From assembly GCA_965203445.1 (NCBI GenBank), contig OZ241883.1, forward strand, positions 384,001 through 448,000: a stretch of 64,000 nt of DNA, read 5' to 3'. Positions 1 to 11,524 of the stretch are shown here, piece after piece. The notes beneath the pieces are model-generated. The model ran no database searches, was not told the DNA's origin, and saw only the letters and a program-made list of their open reading frames with translations. The number at the start of each line of letters is the position of its first letter. The first letter of the stretch is position 1. Source of the stretch: Candidatus Oxydemutator sp. (lineage in GTDB: Bacteria > Pseudomonadota > Gammaproteobacteria > Poriferisulfidales > Oxydemutatoraceae). The position numbers were made by a program, and so were the translations under genes.

Positions 1-3000
1 CATACCCTCGACGTCCATGCGGAAGGTCTCGACCAGTTCGTGGTTGTAGCGGTCGCTGAAAGCGCCGTCGAGATCGAGCACCCAGGCGATGCCGCCGGTC
101 ATGCCGGCGCCGAAGTTCAGGCCGGTGGCGCCGAGCACCGCGACCACGCCGCCGGTCATGTATTCGCAGCCGTGGTCGCCGACGCCCTCGGCCACGGCGA
201 CGGCACCGGAGTTGCGCACCGCGAAACGCTCGCCGGCACGGCCCGCGGCGAACAACCTGCCGCCGGTGGCACCGTAGAGGCAGGTGTTGCCGACGATGGT
301 CGTGTCGCGCGATGCGGTCGTCGCGCTCGGCGGCGGGCGGATTACGATTTCGCCGCCGGCCATGCCCTTGCCGACGTAATCGTTGGCGTCGCCCACCAGG
401 TGCAAGTGCACGCCGCCGGCGTTCCACGCGCCGAAACTCTGCCCGGCGGTGCCTTCGAGGTGTATCGCCAGCGGCGCGTCGGCCATGCCGTGGTTGCCGT
501 GGCGCCTTGCGACCTCGCCGGAGACGCGCGCGCCTATCGAGCGGTTGACGTTGGTAATTTTGTAATGGAACTCGCCGCCGCTGCCGTTCTCGATTGCGGC
601 GCGCGCGTCGCGTACCATGCGCTCGGCGACTTCGCCCTTGTCGGCGGGCGGGTTGTCGGGCTTGCGGCAAAAGCGCGGCCGGTGCGCGGCGACGCCGGCG
701 TCGCCTAATAGCGGCGACAGATCGAGCACGCCGCGCGGCGCCGCGTGCCCGACCTCGGCTTCAGCCGCGACGCGCAGCAACTCGGTGCGCCCGATCAGCT
801 CCTCGAAGGTGCGCGCGCCCAGCGCGGCCATGTGTTCGCGCGTCTCGCGCGCGACGAACAGAAAGTAGTTCCTGACCATCTCGGCCTGGCCGATGAAATG
901 ATCGCGCCGCAGTATCTTGTCCTGGGTGGCGACGCCGGTGGCGCAGTTGTTCAGGTGGCAGATGCGCAGGTACTTGCAGCCGAGCGCGACCATCGGCGCG
1001 GTACCGAAACCGAAGCTGTCGGCGCCTAAGATCGCGGCCTTGACTATGTCCAGGCCGGTCTTCAAGCCGCCGTCGGTCTGTACGCGCACCTTGTCGCGCA
1101 GGTTGTTGGCGCGCAGCGCCTGGTGCGTTTCCGGCAGGCCCAGTTCCCACGGCGCGCCCGCGTATTTGATGCTGGTCAGCGGGCTGGCGCCGGTGCCACC
1201 GTCGTAGCCGGAAATCGTGATCAGGTCGGCGTAGGCCTTGGCGACGCCGACGGCGATGGTGCCGACGCCGGCCTCGGCCACCAATTTGACCGACACCAGC
1301 GCCCCGGGGTTGACCTGTTTCAGGTCGAAGATCAACTGCGCCAGATCCTCGATCGAGTAAATGTCGTGGTGCGGCGGCGGCGAGATCAACGCGATGCCCG
1401 GGTTGGCGTAGCGCAGCCTGGCGATCATCGCGTTGACCTTGTGCCCGGGCAGCTGGCCGCCCTCGCCGGGTTTCGCGCCTTGCGCGATCTTGATTTGCAA
1501 CACCTCGGCGTCCGTCAGGTAATGAGGCGTGACGCCGAAGCGCCCGGAGGCAACCTGCTTGATCTTCGACGCGCGCGCGGTGCCGAAACGCGCCGGGTCC
1601 TCGCCGCCCTCGCCCGAGTTCGAGCGCCCGCCGAGGCCGTTCATCGCCAGCGCCAGGGCCTCGTGCGCCTCCGGCGACAATGCGCCCAGCGACATGCCGG
1701 CGGTGTCGAAACGCCTGACGATTTCCTCGGCGGACTCGACCTCGGCGAGCGCGACCGGCTCGCAATCGTCGCGCAGGCGCAGCAGATCCCGAAACACCAT
1801 CGGCGGGCGGTTGTTGACGGCGTCGGCGAAGACACGATAGTCGTCGTAGTCGCCGCCCTGCACCGCGCGGTGCAGGCTGTGCACGACGTCGGGGTTGAAC
1901 GCGTGGTACTCGCCGTCGTGGGTGTACTTGAGCAGGCCGCCCTGTTGCAGCGGACGGCGCGCGTTCCACGCCCGCCACGCCAGCTTCAGCTGATCGTCCT
2001 TGAGGTCGGAGAAGCGCGCGCCCTGCACGCGGCTGACGGTGCCTTTGAAACACAGTTCGACGACCTCGTCGTGCAGGCCGACGATCTCGAACAACTGCGC
2101 GCCGCGGTAGCTGGCGACGGTCGAGATTCCCATCTTCGAAAGGATCTTATACAGCCCCTTGTTGACGCCGGCGCGGTACGAGACCGCGAGCGCGTCGGGC
2201 GCGAGCTCGGGGGCGATCTCGCCGCGGCGGCGCATACCGTCCAGGATCTGAAAAGCCAGGTACGGATACACCGCCGTCGCGCCGTAACCGATGAGCACCG
2301 CGAAGTGGTGCGGGTCGCGCGCGAAGCCGGTCTCGATCAGCAGGTTGGCGTCGCAGCGCAGGCCGTCGGCGATCAGGCGGTGGTGCACCGCGCCGCACGC
2401 GAGCGCGCCGTGTATCGGCAGGCGCCCGCGCGCGACGGCGCGGTCGGACAGCACCACGAGGATCACCCCGTCGTCGCGCACCGAGGCGCTGACGTCGTCG
2501 CACAGACGCCCGACGGCGGCGCGCAGATCCTCGCCCTCGTCGTAGTGCAGATCGAAGACCCGATGCGGGTAGCCTTGCTCGAGAATCCTGGCGAACTTGT
2601 ATTCGGACAGCACCGGCGAGTCTATGACCAGGCGGTCGGCGTGGTCGCCCAGTTCCTCGAACGGGTTCAGCTCGCGCCCGAGCGTCGTCTCCAGCGACAT
2701 CACGATGCGCTCGCGCAGCGGGTCAATCGGCGGGTTTGTGACCTGCGCGAACTGCTGGCGGAAATTGTCGAACGGCGAACGCACCTCGCGCGACAACACC
2801 GGCAGCGGCGTGTCGTCGCCCATCGAGCCGACCGCCTCCTGGCCGGCGCGCGCGAGCACCTTGATGACCTGGTCCTGCTCCTCGAACGAGACGCCGAACA
2901 TCTTCTCGTACATCCGCAGGCGCTTGTCCGAGAACGGTTCCGCGACGAGCGCGTCGGCGGCCGCAACAGCCGGCAGACGACGCACGCGCCGGTCGAGCCA

Positions 3001-4314
3001 GCGGCGGTACGGGTGGCGCTTTTTCAGGCGCTCGTCTATCGCCGCGGGCGCCAGCAACTCGCCGCTTGCGGTATCCACCGCGAGCATCTCGCCCGGCCTG
3101 AGGCGCCCCTTGGCTGTGACCTCGTCGGGCGCGTAATCATAGACGCCGATCTCCGAGGCCAGCGTGATGTGGCGGTCGCGCGTGATCACGTAGCGCGCCG
3201 GACGCAGGCCGTTGCGATCCATCACGCAGGCGGCGTAGCGGCCGTCGCTCAGCACGACGCCGGCGGGCCCGTCCCACGGTTCCATGTGGATCGCGTTGTA
3301 TTCGTAAAACGCCTTCAAGTCGGGGTCCATGTGGGTCACGTTCTGCCACGCCGGCGGGATCAAGAGACGCATCGCGCGAAACACGTCCATGCCGCCCATC
3401 ATCAAAACTTCGAGCATGTTGTCGAGGCTGCACGAGTCGGAACCATCCATCGAGACCAGCGGCAACAGTTGTGCAAGGTCGGGCAGGTGCGCGCTCTTGA
3501 AGATAGAAGCGCGCGCCTGCGCCCAGTTGCGGTTGCCGCCTATCGTGTTGATCTCGCCGTTGTGGGCGAGGAAGCGAAACGGCTGCGCCAGACGCCACTG
3601 CGGCCACGTGTTGGTCGAGAAACGCTGATGGAAGACACAGATCGAGGCCGCGAGCGACTCGTCGTTGAGGTCCCGGTAGAACGTCGGCAGGTTGTCCGGC
3701 ATGACCAGCCCCTTGTAGGACAGGGTGCGCGCCGACAGACTGGCGACGTAGAACACCGGGTCAATCGGCGCGCGCGCGATCTCGGCGCGCCGGCGGGCGA
3801 CGAACAGGCGGCGCTCGAAATCATCCTCGCCGGCGCCGTCGGGCGCGCCGACGAAGATCTGTTCGATGCGCGGTAGCGTCGCCAGCGCGTCGCGCCCACA
3901 CGCCGAAGGATCCACCGGCACCTCGCGCCAACCCGCCACCGTAAGGCCCTCGTCGCGCACCGCCTGCTCCAGACCGCGCCTGCCGGCGGCGGCGGCCTTC
4001 GGATGCAGGAACACCTGGCCGACCGCGAACCTCGCCGGCGGCGAAAAACCAGCCTCGCGCGCCTTGCCCCGCATGTAGTCCGACGGCATTTTCAGCAGCA
4101 GGCCGCAACCGTCGCCGGTCTTGCCGTCGGCTGCGACCGCGCCGCGATGGGTGAGCCGGCCAAGCGCGTGAATCGCGGTGCGCACCAGCCAGTGACTGGC
4201 ATGCCCGTCCATCTGCGCAATCAGGCCGAAACCGCAGCTGTCCTTCTCGAACTCGGGCCGAAGCAGGCCCCGAGACGATCCCCGAAGAGGGCTATCCACC
4301 GGTGTTTTTTGCAT
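1..4314 (-). CDS. gltB: Glutamate synthase large subunit (3' end runs off the window)
   Basis: Minus-strand translation from ATG 4314 reads MQKTPVDS...[13 protein letters not shown]...LTHRGA (Ntn Cys). It also contains [66 protein letters not shown] and [11 protein letters not shown]. It is absent from the ORF track because it is open at the edge. Confidence 0.97.
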   Translation of the reverse strand, partial: MQKTPVDSPLRGSSRGLLRPEFEKDSCGFGLIAQMDGHASHWLVRTAIHALGRLTHRGAVAADGKTGDGCGLLLKMPSDYMRGKAREAGFSPPARFAVGQVFLHPKAAAAGRRGLEQAVRDEGLTVAGWREVPVDPSACGRDALATLPRIEQIFVGAPDGAGEDDFERRLFVARRRAEIARAPIDPVFYVASLSARTLSYKGLVMPDNLPTFYRDLNDESLAASICVFHQRFSTNTWPQWRLAQPFRFLAHNGEINTIGGNRNWAQARASIFKSAHLPDLAQLLPLVSMDGSDSCSLDNMLEVLMMGGMDVFRAMRLLIPPAWQNVTHMDPDLKAFYEYNAIHMEPWDGPAGVVLSDGRYAACVMDRNGLRPARYVITRDRHITLASEIGVYDYAPDEVTAKGRLRPGEMLAVDTASGELLAPAAIDERLKKRHPYRRWLDRRVRRLPAVAAADALVAEPFSDKRLRMYEKMFGVSFEEQDQVIKVLARAGQEAVGSMGDDTPLPVLSREVRSPFDNFRQQFAQVTNPPIDPLRERIVMSLETTLGRELNPFEELGDHADRLVIDSPVLSEYKFARILEQGYPHRVFDLHYDEGEDLRAAVGRLCDDVSASVRDDGVILVVLSDRAVARGRLPIHGALACGAVHHRLIADGLRCDANLLIETGFARDPHHFAVLIGYGATAVYPYLAFQILDGMRRRGEIAPELAPDALAVSYRAGVNKGLYKILSKMGISTVASYRGAQLFEIVGLHDEVVELCFKGTVSRVQGARFSDLKDDQLKLAWRAWNARRPLQQGGLLKYTHDGEYHAFNPDVVHSLHRAVQGGDYDDYRVFADAVNNRPPMVFRDLLRLRDDCEPVALAEVESAEEIVRRFDTAGMSLGALSPEAHEALALAMNGLGGRSNSGEGGEDPARFGTARASKIKQVASGRFGVTPHYLTDAEVLQIKIAQGAKPGEGGQLPGHKVNAMIARLRYANPGIALISPPPHHDIYSIEDLAQLIFDLKQVNPGALVSVKLVAEAGVGTIAVGVAKAYADLITISGYDGGTGASPLTSIKYAGAPWELGLPETHQALRANNLRDKVRVQTDGGLKTGLDIVKAAILGADSFGFGTAPMVALGCKYLRICHLNNCATGVATQDKILRRDHFIGQAEMVRNYFLFVARETREHMAALGARTFEELIGRTELLRVAAEAEVGHAAPRGVLDLSPLLGDAGVAAHRPRFCRKPDNPPADKGEVAERMVRDARAAIENGSGGEFHYKITNVNRSIGARVSGEVARRHGNHGMADAPLAIHLEGTAGQSFGAWNAGGVHLHLVGDANDYVGKGMAGGEIVIRPPPSATTASRDTTIVGNTCLYGATGGRLFAAGRAGERFAVRNSGAVAVAEGVGDHGCEYMTGGVVAVLGATGLNFGAGMTGGIAWVLDLDGAFSDRYNHELVETFRMDVEGM

Positions 4315-4711
4315 AATTATAAGTAACCGCTCCCGACCGGCCAGTATAGCACCGCAACGCACCCGGGGGCGGGGGAACACCGATGGCGAACCAGGCGGCG
4401 CGCATGACAAAGACGGCTTTGTCGGCCAGCCTTCCCTTGTGGGAAAGCATGCCCTGCCCACACGTGGTGATAGAGGAGTTTTCCGTTAGAACACGCCAGA
4501 TAGATGATGAAAAATTGCGATTGGATACGTCTGAGGGCCGACGAGAAAACTCACGCAAAGGCCTGCATCCTCTCTATCCCACACCTGACGAAACCGAGTG
4601 AGCACGCTCGCGGTGTCACGCGCCTCTCCCAGAAGGAGAGGAAGAGCGCTTGTATCCTCACTTCTTCCGGAGAAACAAAAAAGAAGGGATACATCGCTCT
4701 CCCTCTGAATG

Positions 4712-4746
4712 CAAATGATAATAACTATTATTACTATTATTGTAAA
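4712..4746 (-). promoter_or_regulatory. Sigma70 promoter overlapped by a Fur-box-like AT-rich site
   Basis: The minus strand reads TTTACA-N17-TATTAT. The + strand aatgataataactattattactattat resembles the Fur consensus GATAATGATAATCATTATC, in an otherwise GC-rich region. Confidence 0.6.
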
Positions 4747-4840
4747 GCCCCGGTGTGAAATTTCTTGAACAAATTGTTTTTACAGGTTTTTTCTCCTAGT
4801 TCGCAGCGTAGCAACCGAACCAGCCCCTGCCCCAGTGCGG

Positions 4841-5932
4841 CTATAGCACGGCACGCACTTGCGACGGGTCGGTGCTTTCGCCGATATAGGCGTCGCCTAT
4901 CGCGCGCAACAATATGAAGCGGGTGGCACCTGCGATATTCTTTTTGTCGAGCGCCATGATTTCGAGCATTTTTCCGGCGTTCAGTTGCGCGGGTCTTGCG
5001 GTCGGCAGGCCGGCGCGCTCGACGAGACCCGCGATGCGCCGCACCACCTCGTCCTCGATATGACCCAGGCGCGCCGACAGGCGCGCCGCGAGCACCAGGC
5101 CGCAGCCTACCGCCTCGCCGTGCAGCCAGTCGCCGTGTCCCAGGCCGGTCTCGATCGCGTGACCGAAGGTGTGGCCCAGGTTCAGCAGCGCGCGACGGCC
5201 GCTGCGCTCGCGTTCGTCGGCGGCCACGACCGCGGCCTTGATTTCGCATGAGCGGTGGACGGCGTGCGCCAGGGCCTGCTCGTCGCGCGCGAGCAGCGCG
5301 TCCACGTTGCGCTCCAGCCAATCGAAGAAGGCGGCGTCGAGTATCAGGCCGTATTTGATGATCTCGGCGATGCCGGCGGCGTAGTGGCGCGGCGGCAGCG
5401 TGTCCAGCGTGTCGAGGTCGGACACCACGCAGCACGGTTGGTGAAACGCGCCGATCATGTTCTTGCCGAGCGCATGATTGACGCCGGTCTTGCCGCCGAC
5501 CGCCGAGTCCACCTGCGCCAGCAACGTCGTCGGCAGTTGCGCGAAGGCAACGCCGCGCTGGTAGGCGGCCGCGGCAAAGCCGGCGACGTCGCCGGTAACG
5601 CCGCCACCGAGCGCGACGACCACGGCGTCGCGGCCCAACTTGCGCTCCAACATACCGGTGCAGATGCGCTCGAAGGTCACCAGGTTCTTGTTGTGTTCGC
5701 CGAGCGCAAGCACTATCGCATCGCCAGTGAAGCCGGGCGCCGACTCGAGCGCGGCCAACACTCCCTTAAGGTACAGCGGCGCCACGGCATCGTCGCTTAC
5801 GACGACGAAGCGACGCGCGCGCGCGGGTTCGGGCAGGCACGCGCGCAGGTAGTCGCCGGCGCGCGCGAGCAAGCCGCGACCTATGTGGATCGGATAGCGC
5901 CCGCCGCTCGTTTGCAGCGTCAATGTATTCAT
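4841..5932 (-). CDS. aroB: 3-dehydroquinate synthase
   Basis: Motifs ALGGGVTGDVAGF, PTTLLAQVDSAVGGKTGVN, LNLGHTFGHAIE and HGEAV; downstream of aroK. Confidence 0.97.
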   Translation of the reverse strand: MNTLTLQTSGGRYPIHIGRGLLARAGDYLRACLPEPARARRFVVVSDDAVAPLYLKGVLAALESAPGFTGDAIVLALGEHNKNLVTFERICTGMLERKLGRDAVVVALGGGVTGDVAGFAAAAYQRGVAFAQLPTTLLAQVDSAVGGKTGVNHALGKNMIGAFHQPCCVVSDLDTLDTLPPRHYAAGIAEIIKYGLILDAAFFDWLERNVDALLARDEQALAHAVHRSCEIKAAVVAADERERSGRRALLNLGHTFGHAIETGLGHGDWLHGEAVGCGLVLAARLSARLGHIEDEVVRRIAGLVERAGLPTARPAQLNAGKMLEIMALDKKNIAGATRFILLRAIGDAYIGESTDPSQVRAVL

Positions 5933-6444
5933 GCTTCCGCGCCGACGAAGCGAGTGATTTCCTTGACCGCCTCGTCCACCGATCCGTCATTATCCACGAT
6001 ACAGTCGGCGAGCGCCTCGTACAACGGGCGGCGCTCGCGATCCAGGCGCGCCAGTTCGGCGCGCACCGCGCGTCCCGCCAACAGCGGGCGCTCGGAACCG
6101 TCGCCGACGCGCGCCGCGCGATGCTCGAGATCCGCGCGCAGCCAGACGACGGCGTTGCCTTCTTTCAACAGCCGGCGGTTTTGTTCCAGCAGCACGCAAC
6201 CGCCGCCGGTGGCGCAGACGATGCCTTCTCGGGCCGCGAGTTCAACGATGACCGCGGCCTCGCGCGCACGAAAACCGGCCTCGCCCTCGGACGCGAAGAT
6301 CGCCGCGATGTCGCGCCCGGCGGCGCGCGCGACCCGTTCGTCACTGTCATAAAAGCGCAGGCGCAAACGGCGCGCGAGCGCGGCGCCGACGCTGCTCTTG
6401 CCGGCGCCCATCGGCCCGATCAGAAAAACGTTGCGGTAGATCAT
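5929..6444 (-). CDS. aroK: Shikimate kinase
   Basis: Walker A GPMGAGKS, plus EGEAGFRARE, ATGGG and RPLL; coupled to aroB. Confidence 0.96.
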   Translation of the reverse strand: MIYRNVFLIGPMGAGKSSVGAALARRLRLRFYDSDERVARAAGRDIAAIFASEGEAGFRAREAAVIVELAAREGIVCATGGGCVLLEQNRRLLKEGNAVVWLRADLEHRAARVGDGSERPLLAGRAVRAELARLDRERRPLYEALADCIVDNDGSVDEAVKEITRFVGAEA

Positions 6445-6621
6445 CGTGTAAGCCGTGTAAGTATGGGGTGATATGGGAGTCGGCCGTGCGCGGCATTGTA
6501 TAGCCTACCCATTCGACCCGCCCGTTCGCTGCCGGAGGATGGGGCCGGAAGGGTACACCGGGGGCGGGCGTGGCGGTTCCATCGTCGGTCGGCGCGGCGC
6601 GCTTTCTGTATAATTGCCAAA

Positions 6622-9066
6622 GTGTTTTTCAAAACCCTGTTCGGATTGGCGGGCCTGCTTTTGTCGCTGCTCATACTGCTCACGGTCGCGGTCATAGGCG
6701 CCTACGCCTGGGTCGCGTCCGACCTGCCGTCCGCCGAGGCCGTGCGCAACGTCCAGCTGCAAACGCCGCTCAGGGTGCACGCGCGCGGCGGCGAAGTCAT
6801 CGCCGTATTCGGCGACAAGCGGCGCAAGCCGGTCTCGTACGAGCAGGTGCCGGAGCGCATGATCGAAGCCTTTCTCGCGGCCGAGGACGACCGCTTCTTC
6901 GAGCACCCCGGCGTGGACTACATGGGGCTGATACGCGCCGCGCTCGAGCTGATACGCACCGGCAAAAAAACACAGGGCGGCAGCACCATCACGATGCAGC
7001 TGGCGCGCAACTTCTTCCTGACGAACCAGCGCACCTACGAGAGAAAGATCAAGGAGATTTTTCTGGCGCTGCGCATCGAGCGGCTGTTCAGCAAGGAGGA
7101 AATCCTGAGCCTCTACCTGAACAAGATCTTTCTCGGCAAGCGCGCCTACGGCGTGGCCGCGGCGGCCGAGGTGTATTACGGCAAGGACGTCGCCGAACTG
7201 ACGCTGGCGCAGACCGCGATGCTCGCGGGAATGCCGAAGGCGCCGTCGGTCTCCAATCCGCTGACCAATCCCGACAAGGCGCTGGAGCGGCGCAACTACG
7301 TGCTGAAGCGGATGCACGAACTCGACAAAATCAACGTATCGGAATACGCCGAGGCGCTCGCCGCCGGCATTACCGCGACGCCGCACAGCCTGCAAGTCGA
7401 GCTGAAGGCGCCCTACGTCGCCGAGATGGTGCGCAAGGAAATGCTCGAGCGCTACGGCGAGGAGGCCTACACCGGCGGCTTTACGGTGCGCACGACGGTG
7501 GACTCCGAGTTGCAACGCCACGCCCAGGCCAGCTTGCGCAAGGGGCTGCTCGCGTACTCCAGACGCCACGGCTGGATCGGCACCGAGGGGCGCGTGGCGG
7601 TGGACGTGGCGAACGACCCGACGGCGCTTGCGCGCGAACTCAATGCGCTCGCGGTGGTCGGCGGCCTGGAACCGGGCATCGTCGTCGGCGTCGAGGGGCG
7701 AACGCTGCACGTCGCCGTCAAGAACGGCGACGTCGTGGCGCTCGATGCCGCCGGATGGCAGTGGGCGCGACCACGCCTCGCGGGCGGCCGGGTCGGCGCG
7801 CGCCCCGAAAACGCCGCGGCCGTGGCCGCCGTCGGCGACGTAGTGCGCGTCTTTGGCGACGACGAGACGCGGCGGCTTGCGCATATCCCCGAAGTCGGCG
7901 GCGCGCTGGTCGCGCTCGCGCCCGACAGCGGCGCGATCATCGCGCTCACCGGCGGCTTCGACTTCTACCACAGCAAGTTCAACCGCGCGACCCAGGCCAA
8001 GCGCCAACCCGGATCGAGTTTCAAGCCCTTCGTGTACTCGGCGGCGCTCGGCAACGGCCTCACGCCGGCGACCATCATCAAGGACACGCCGGTCGTGTTC
8101 ACCGACCCCAACAACCGCGCTTGGCGCCCGCAAAACTATAGCGGCAAATTCTACGGCCCGACGCGCCTGCGCGAGGCGCTCCAATTCTCGCGCAACCTGG
8201 TGTCGGTCAAACTGGTGGATCAGATCGGCGTCGAGCAGACGCTCGACTACGTGCGACGCTTCGGCTTTCAGCGCGCGGATCAGCCGCGCAATCTGACGCT
8301 GGCCCTGGGTTCCGGCACCGCCACCCCGCTCGAGATCGCTCGCGGCTACGCCGTTTTTGCCAACGGCGGGTTTCTCGTGAAGCCGTATCTGATAGACAAA
8401 ATCACGGTCCTAGACGAAACCGTATTCGCCGCGGAACCGTTGGCGCTTTGCACCGAAGGTTGTGCGATCTATCCGTACGACGACGCGCCTGAGGACGCCG
8501 ATGAGGGTACGCCCGAGGATGCGGACGCGGACGTGAACGACGGCACACGCACCGCGTCCATGGAAACGCCCGACGCGCAATACGCGCCGCGCGCGATTCC
8601 GTCCGACGTCGCCTATCAGATGACGAGCATGATGCGGGGCGTGATCCGCCACGGCACCGGACGCCGCGCGCGCACCCTGAGACGAGACGACGTCGCCGGC
8701 AAGACCGGCACCACGAACGAGCAGCGCGACGCCTGGTTCTCCGGCTTCAACCGCGACCTGGTCGGCACCGTCTGGGTCGGCTTCGACGACCACAAGCCGT
8801 TGGGCGAACGCGAGACCGGCGCGGTCGCCGCGCTGCCGACGTGGATAGACTTCATGCGCAAGGCGCTCGCCGACAAGCCGGAACGCCCCTACTACAAACC
8901 CCCCAACATCGTCTCCGCGCGCATAGACCCCGAAAACGGCCTGCTCGCGCACCCCGGCGACGAAAACGCCATCAGCGAAACCTTCCGCATGCGCCACCTG
9001 CCCAAAAAAATCACAAAACCGGCCAAAGAGGGAGAATCATCGGCGGAAACGGAAGGGTTGTTTTAG
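6622..9066 (+). CDS. mrcA: Penicillin-binding protein 1A
   Basis: N-terminal TM segment; transglycosylase motifs EDDRFFEHPG, GGSTITMQLARN and RKIKE; transpeptidase motifs SSFK, SRN and KTG. GTG start chosen 7 nt after TATAAT. Confidence 0.95.
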   Translation: MFFKTLFGLAGLLLSLLILLTVAVIGAYAWVASDLPSAEAVRNVQLQTPLRVHARGGEVIAVFGDKRRKPVSYEQVPERMIEAFLAAEDDRFFEHPGVDYMGLIRAALELIRTGKKTQGGSTITMQLARNFFLTNQRTYERKIKEIFLALRIERLFSKEEILSLYLNKIFLGKRAYGVAAAAEVYYGKDVAELTLAQTAMLAGMPKAPSVSNPLTNPDKALERRNYVLKRMHELDKINVSEYAEALAAGITATPHSLQVELKAPYVAEMVRKEMLERYGEEAYTGGFTVRTTVDSELQRHAQASLRKGLLAYSRRHGWIGTEGRVAVDVANDPTALARELNALAVVGGLEPGIVVGVEGRTLHVAVKNGDVVALDAAGWQWARPRLAGGRVGARPENAAAVAAVGDVVRVFGDDETRRLAHIPEVGGALVALAPDSGAIIALTGGFDFYHSKFNRATQAKRQPGSSFKPFVYSAALGNGLTPATIIKDTPVVFTDPNNRAWRPQNYSGKFYGPTRLREALQFSRNLVSVKLVDQIGVEQTLDYVRRFGFQRADQPRNLTLALGSGTATPLEIARGYAVFANGGFLVKPYLIDKITVLDETVFAAEPLALCTEGCAIYPYDDAPEDADEGTPEDADADVNDGTRTASMETPDAQYAPRAIPSDVAYQMTSMMRGVIRHGTGRRARTLRRDDVAGKTGTTNEQRDAWFSGFNRDLVGTVWVGFDDHKPLGERETGAVAALPTWIDFMRKALADKPERPYYKPPNIVSARIDPENGLLAHPGDENAISETFRMRHLPKKITKPAKEGESSAETEGLF

Positions 9067-9091
9067 GAGTCAGGGAGCCTGAGCGCGGTGG

Positions 9092-9560
9092 TGGCCTTCC
9101 CCCACAATCAGAGTCACGCGATTTGAAAGATTTTCCTATAATTTTGACCATAGGAGGTCTCGCTATGAAACACAATCGGTTCAGTGAGGAACGGATCATA
9201 TCTATCCTCAAGGAATATGAGGCGGGCGCGCGCATGGCGGATTTGTCTCGCAAGCACGGGGTCAGCGAGCAGAGTCTCTATCGCTGGAGGTCGAAGTATG
9301 AGGGGATGAGCGTAAGCGAGGCGAAGCGCTTGAGGCAGTTGGAGAGGGAGAACGCCAAGTTGAAGCACCTGCTGAAAGAGGCGAGATTAGACAAAAAGGC
9401 GCTGAAAGAGTTGTTGTCAAAAGATTGGTAACGCCCGAGGCGCATCGTGAGCATGGCTTGCAGGTGCGCCGGCGGCGGAGCAAGAAGCTGTCGCGCCCGC
9501 GCATGGTCAGGCCGGCACTGGGTGCTGCAAACCAGCGTGGGAGAATCGGGTACAATACAC
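9092..9560 (+). mobile_element. IS3-family remnant, copy 1 (left end + orfA + deleted orfB)
   Basis: TG-starting end tggccttcccccacaatcagagtcac, followed by orfA and a short OrfB-like piece GLQVRRRRSKKLSRPR with no DDE domain. Confidence 0.8.
9165..9431 (+). CDS. IS3-family transposase OrfA (HTH)
   Basis: MKHNRFSEERIISILKE...RKHGVSEQSLYRWRSKY...RLRQLERENAKLK; SD AGGAGG. Confidence 0.9.
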   Translation: MKHNRFSEERIISILKEYEAGARMADLSRKHGVSEQSLYRWRSKYEGMSVSEAKRLRQLERENAKLKHLLKEARLDKKALKELLSKDW

Positions 9561-9622
9561 CTCGCTCGGACGGGTATGTGCCGGTCCGCATAAACACCAG
9601 CATCTGACAGGAGGACACACCG

Positions 9623-9847
9623 ATGAAAAAAGCCAATGCTGCTCGCCATATGAGAGAAACACCTCTGGGATGCTACGAGGTTGACGAGGAATTGGAAGCA
9701 AAAATGAAGAGAATGGCCAAAATGAAGCTGTCAAAAGAGGAGAGGCGGGCACAGGCAATCTCCTGGGTTTATGGCAACTTGCCGATAGATTCTGAGCGGA
9801 CCATAGAGGACGTCGCCAAGTTTCTTGAGGAGCACGAAGGTTTGTGA
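9623..9847 (+). CDS. Small protein, putative Fic antitoxin (copy 1)
   Basis: 74 aa, SD AGGAGG, stop overlaps the Fic start (GTGA); helical motif RRAQAISWVYGN. Confidence 0.6.
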   Translation: MKKANAARHMRETPLGCYEVDEELEAKMKRMAKMKLSKEERRAQAISWVYGNLPIDSERTIEDVAKFLEEHEGL

Positions 9848-10452
9848 TCCTGCACCATCTCCTCGGAGGAGAGCAGCATCGCATATACGCCGACCTTTCC
9901 GACGGCAATCTTTTCAGGCAATACGGTTTTCTACAATCTGCCGTGGCCGCGGCGATAAACGTCAAACGGCCGCTGGTCTCAGCGACGCTTATCAAAGCGT
10001 TGAATTATCATGCTATCGCGTGCCTGCATCCCAATGCCGGGGAATACCGCCCCTGTCCAGTGAAGGCGGGAGACTATGAACCGCCGGAGCATTTTCACGT
10101 GCCGGAGATGATGAACGACTTTATCAATGTAGCCAACCGGAATTGGGATGCCTGTGACACACATACCCTGGCCGCGTATTGTCTCTGGCGCCTGAATTTC
10201 ATCCATCCATTTATTAACGGAAACGGCAGAACGGCGCGCGCGCTTTGTTACTTTGTCGTCTGCGTCAAGTCTGGCGGTCTGATACAGGGCGAACCAATGC
10301 TGCCAACGTTGATTCGAGAAAGGCATGAAGAATATAGAAAATTACTAAGCTCCACTGACAGAGAGGCCGAAAACGGAAATCCAGACTACTTGAATGGTTT
10401 GCGTGACTTTGTCGCCCGTCTGGTGGAACGGCAATTACGATCCGCGACCTGA
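9844..10452 (+). CDS. Fic-family protein (copy 1)
   Basis: Fic motif HPFINGNGRTAR. Confidence 0.92.
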   Translation: MILHHLLGGEQHRIYADLSDGNLFRQYGFLQSAVAAAINVKRPLVSATLIKALNYHAIACLHPNAGEYRPCPVKAGDYEPPEHFHVPEMMNDFINVANRNWDACDTHTLAAYCLWRLNFIHPFINGNGRTARALCYFVVCVKSGGLIQGEPMLPTLIRERHEEYRKLLSSTDREAENGNPDYLNGLRDFVARLVERQLRSAT

Positions 10453-10464
10453 AGGTTCGGCGGA

Positions 10465-10630
10465 TGATGCCGGCGGCATAGTCCGCTGCATGAACTCGTC
10501 GAACAACGGCACCGTGAACGCGGTATCGCCGTGCTGTGACGCCAATGTCTCGCAACAGTGAGTTTCGACCTGCCAATGCGAGGGGAAGATAGCCGGCACC
10601 AAGCGCATAGGGGCTGTTGGTCGCATCCAT
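10465..10630 (-). pseudogene. Internally deleted copy of the AAA ATPase at 28154-29344
   Basis: The 5' part MDATNSPYALGAGYLPLALAGR and the 3' part HGDTAFTVPLFDEFMQR match the two ends of the intact gene. Confidence 0.85.
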
Positions 10631-10689
10631 TTACAAGGAGTTTAACCCGGTTTATGGAAATTTCATAAACCGGGGTAAACTCCTTATAA
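10631..10689. repeat. AT-rich palindrome homologous to the unit of the 29308-29710 array
   Basis: aaggagtttaacccggtttatg...cataaaccggggtaaactcctt is a near-perfect inverted repeat. Confidence 0.85.
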
Positions 10690-10756
10690 CTCCAATAATT
10701 CCGCGTTATATCAACGCAGAATAAATCCGTCGGATCTCGCCTGTCAGATGATCAAG

Positions 10757-11225
10757 TGACCTTCCCCCACAATCAGGGCCACGCGATGGGAGAGATTTTC
10801 CTATAATTTCGACCATAGGAGGTCTCACTATGAAACACAATCGGTTCAGCGTGGAACGGATCATATCTATCCTCAAGGAATACGAGGCGGGCGCGCGCAT
10901 GGCGGATTTGTCTCGCAAGCACGGGGTCAGCGAGCAGAGTCTCTATCGCTGGAGGTCTAAGTATGGGAGGATGAGCGTAAGCGAGGCGAAGCGCTTGAGG
11001 CAGTTGGAGAGGGAGAACGCCAAGTTGAAGCACTTGCTGAAAGAGGCGAGATTAGACAAGAAAGCGCTGAAGGAGTTGTTGTCAAAAGATTGGTAACGCC
11101 CGGGGCGCGTCGTGAGCAAGGCTTGCAGGTGCGCCGGCGGCGGCGCAAGAAGCTGTCGCGCCCGCGCATGGTCAGGCCGGCACTGGGTGCTGCAAACCAG
11201 CGTGGGAGAATCGGGTACAATGCAC
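10757..11225 (+). mobile_element. IS3-family remnant, copy 2
   Basis: End tgaccttcccccacaatcagggccac, followed by orfA and the same deleted orfB. Confidence 0.8.
10830..11096 (+). CDS. IS3-family transposase OrfA (copy 2)
   Basis: 88 aa, near-identical to 9165-9431. Confidence 0.9.
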   Translation: MKHNRFSVERIISILKEYEAGARMADLSRKHGVSEQSLYRWRSKYGRMSVSEAKRLRQLERENAKLKHLLKEARLDKKALKELLSKDW

Positions 11226-11287
11226 CCCGCTCGGACGGGGATGTCCCGTCCCGCAAAAACACTGGCATCTGACAGGAGGACACACCG

Positions 11288-11524
11288 ATGAAAAAAGCCA
11301 ATGCTGCTCGCCATATGAGAATGACACCTGCGGACTCGCCTCTGGGATGCTGCGAGTATGACGAGGAATTGGAAGCAAAAATGAAGAAAATGGCCAAAAT
11401 GAAGCTGTCAAAAGAGGAGAGGCGGGCACAGGCAATCTCCTGGGTTTATGGCAACCTGCCGATAGATTCTGAGCGGACCATAGAGGACGTCGCCAAGTTT
11501 CTTGAGGAGCACGAAGGTTTGTGA
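11288..11524 (+). CDS. Small protein, putative Fic antitoxin (copy 2)
   Basis: 78-aa paralog of 9623-9847 with a 4-aa insertion. Confidence 0.6.
   Translation: MKKANAARHMRMTPADSPLGCCEYDEELEAKMKKMAKMKLSKEERRAQAISWVYGNLPIDSERTIEDVAKFLEEHEGL

Noticed and set aside
1123-3876. 917-aa plus-strand ORF and other long ORFs over 40-4326
   Set aside because: Antisense or alternate-frame shadows of gltB, expected in high-GC DNA; no motifs.
9425-9607. Functional IS3 OrfAB frameshift product
   Set aside because: orfB is reduced to a few dozen codons with no DDE domain in either copy.
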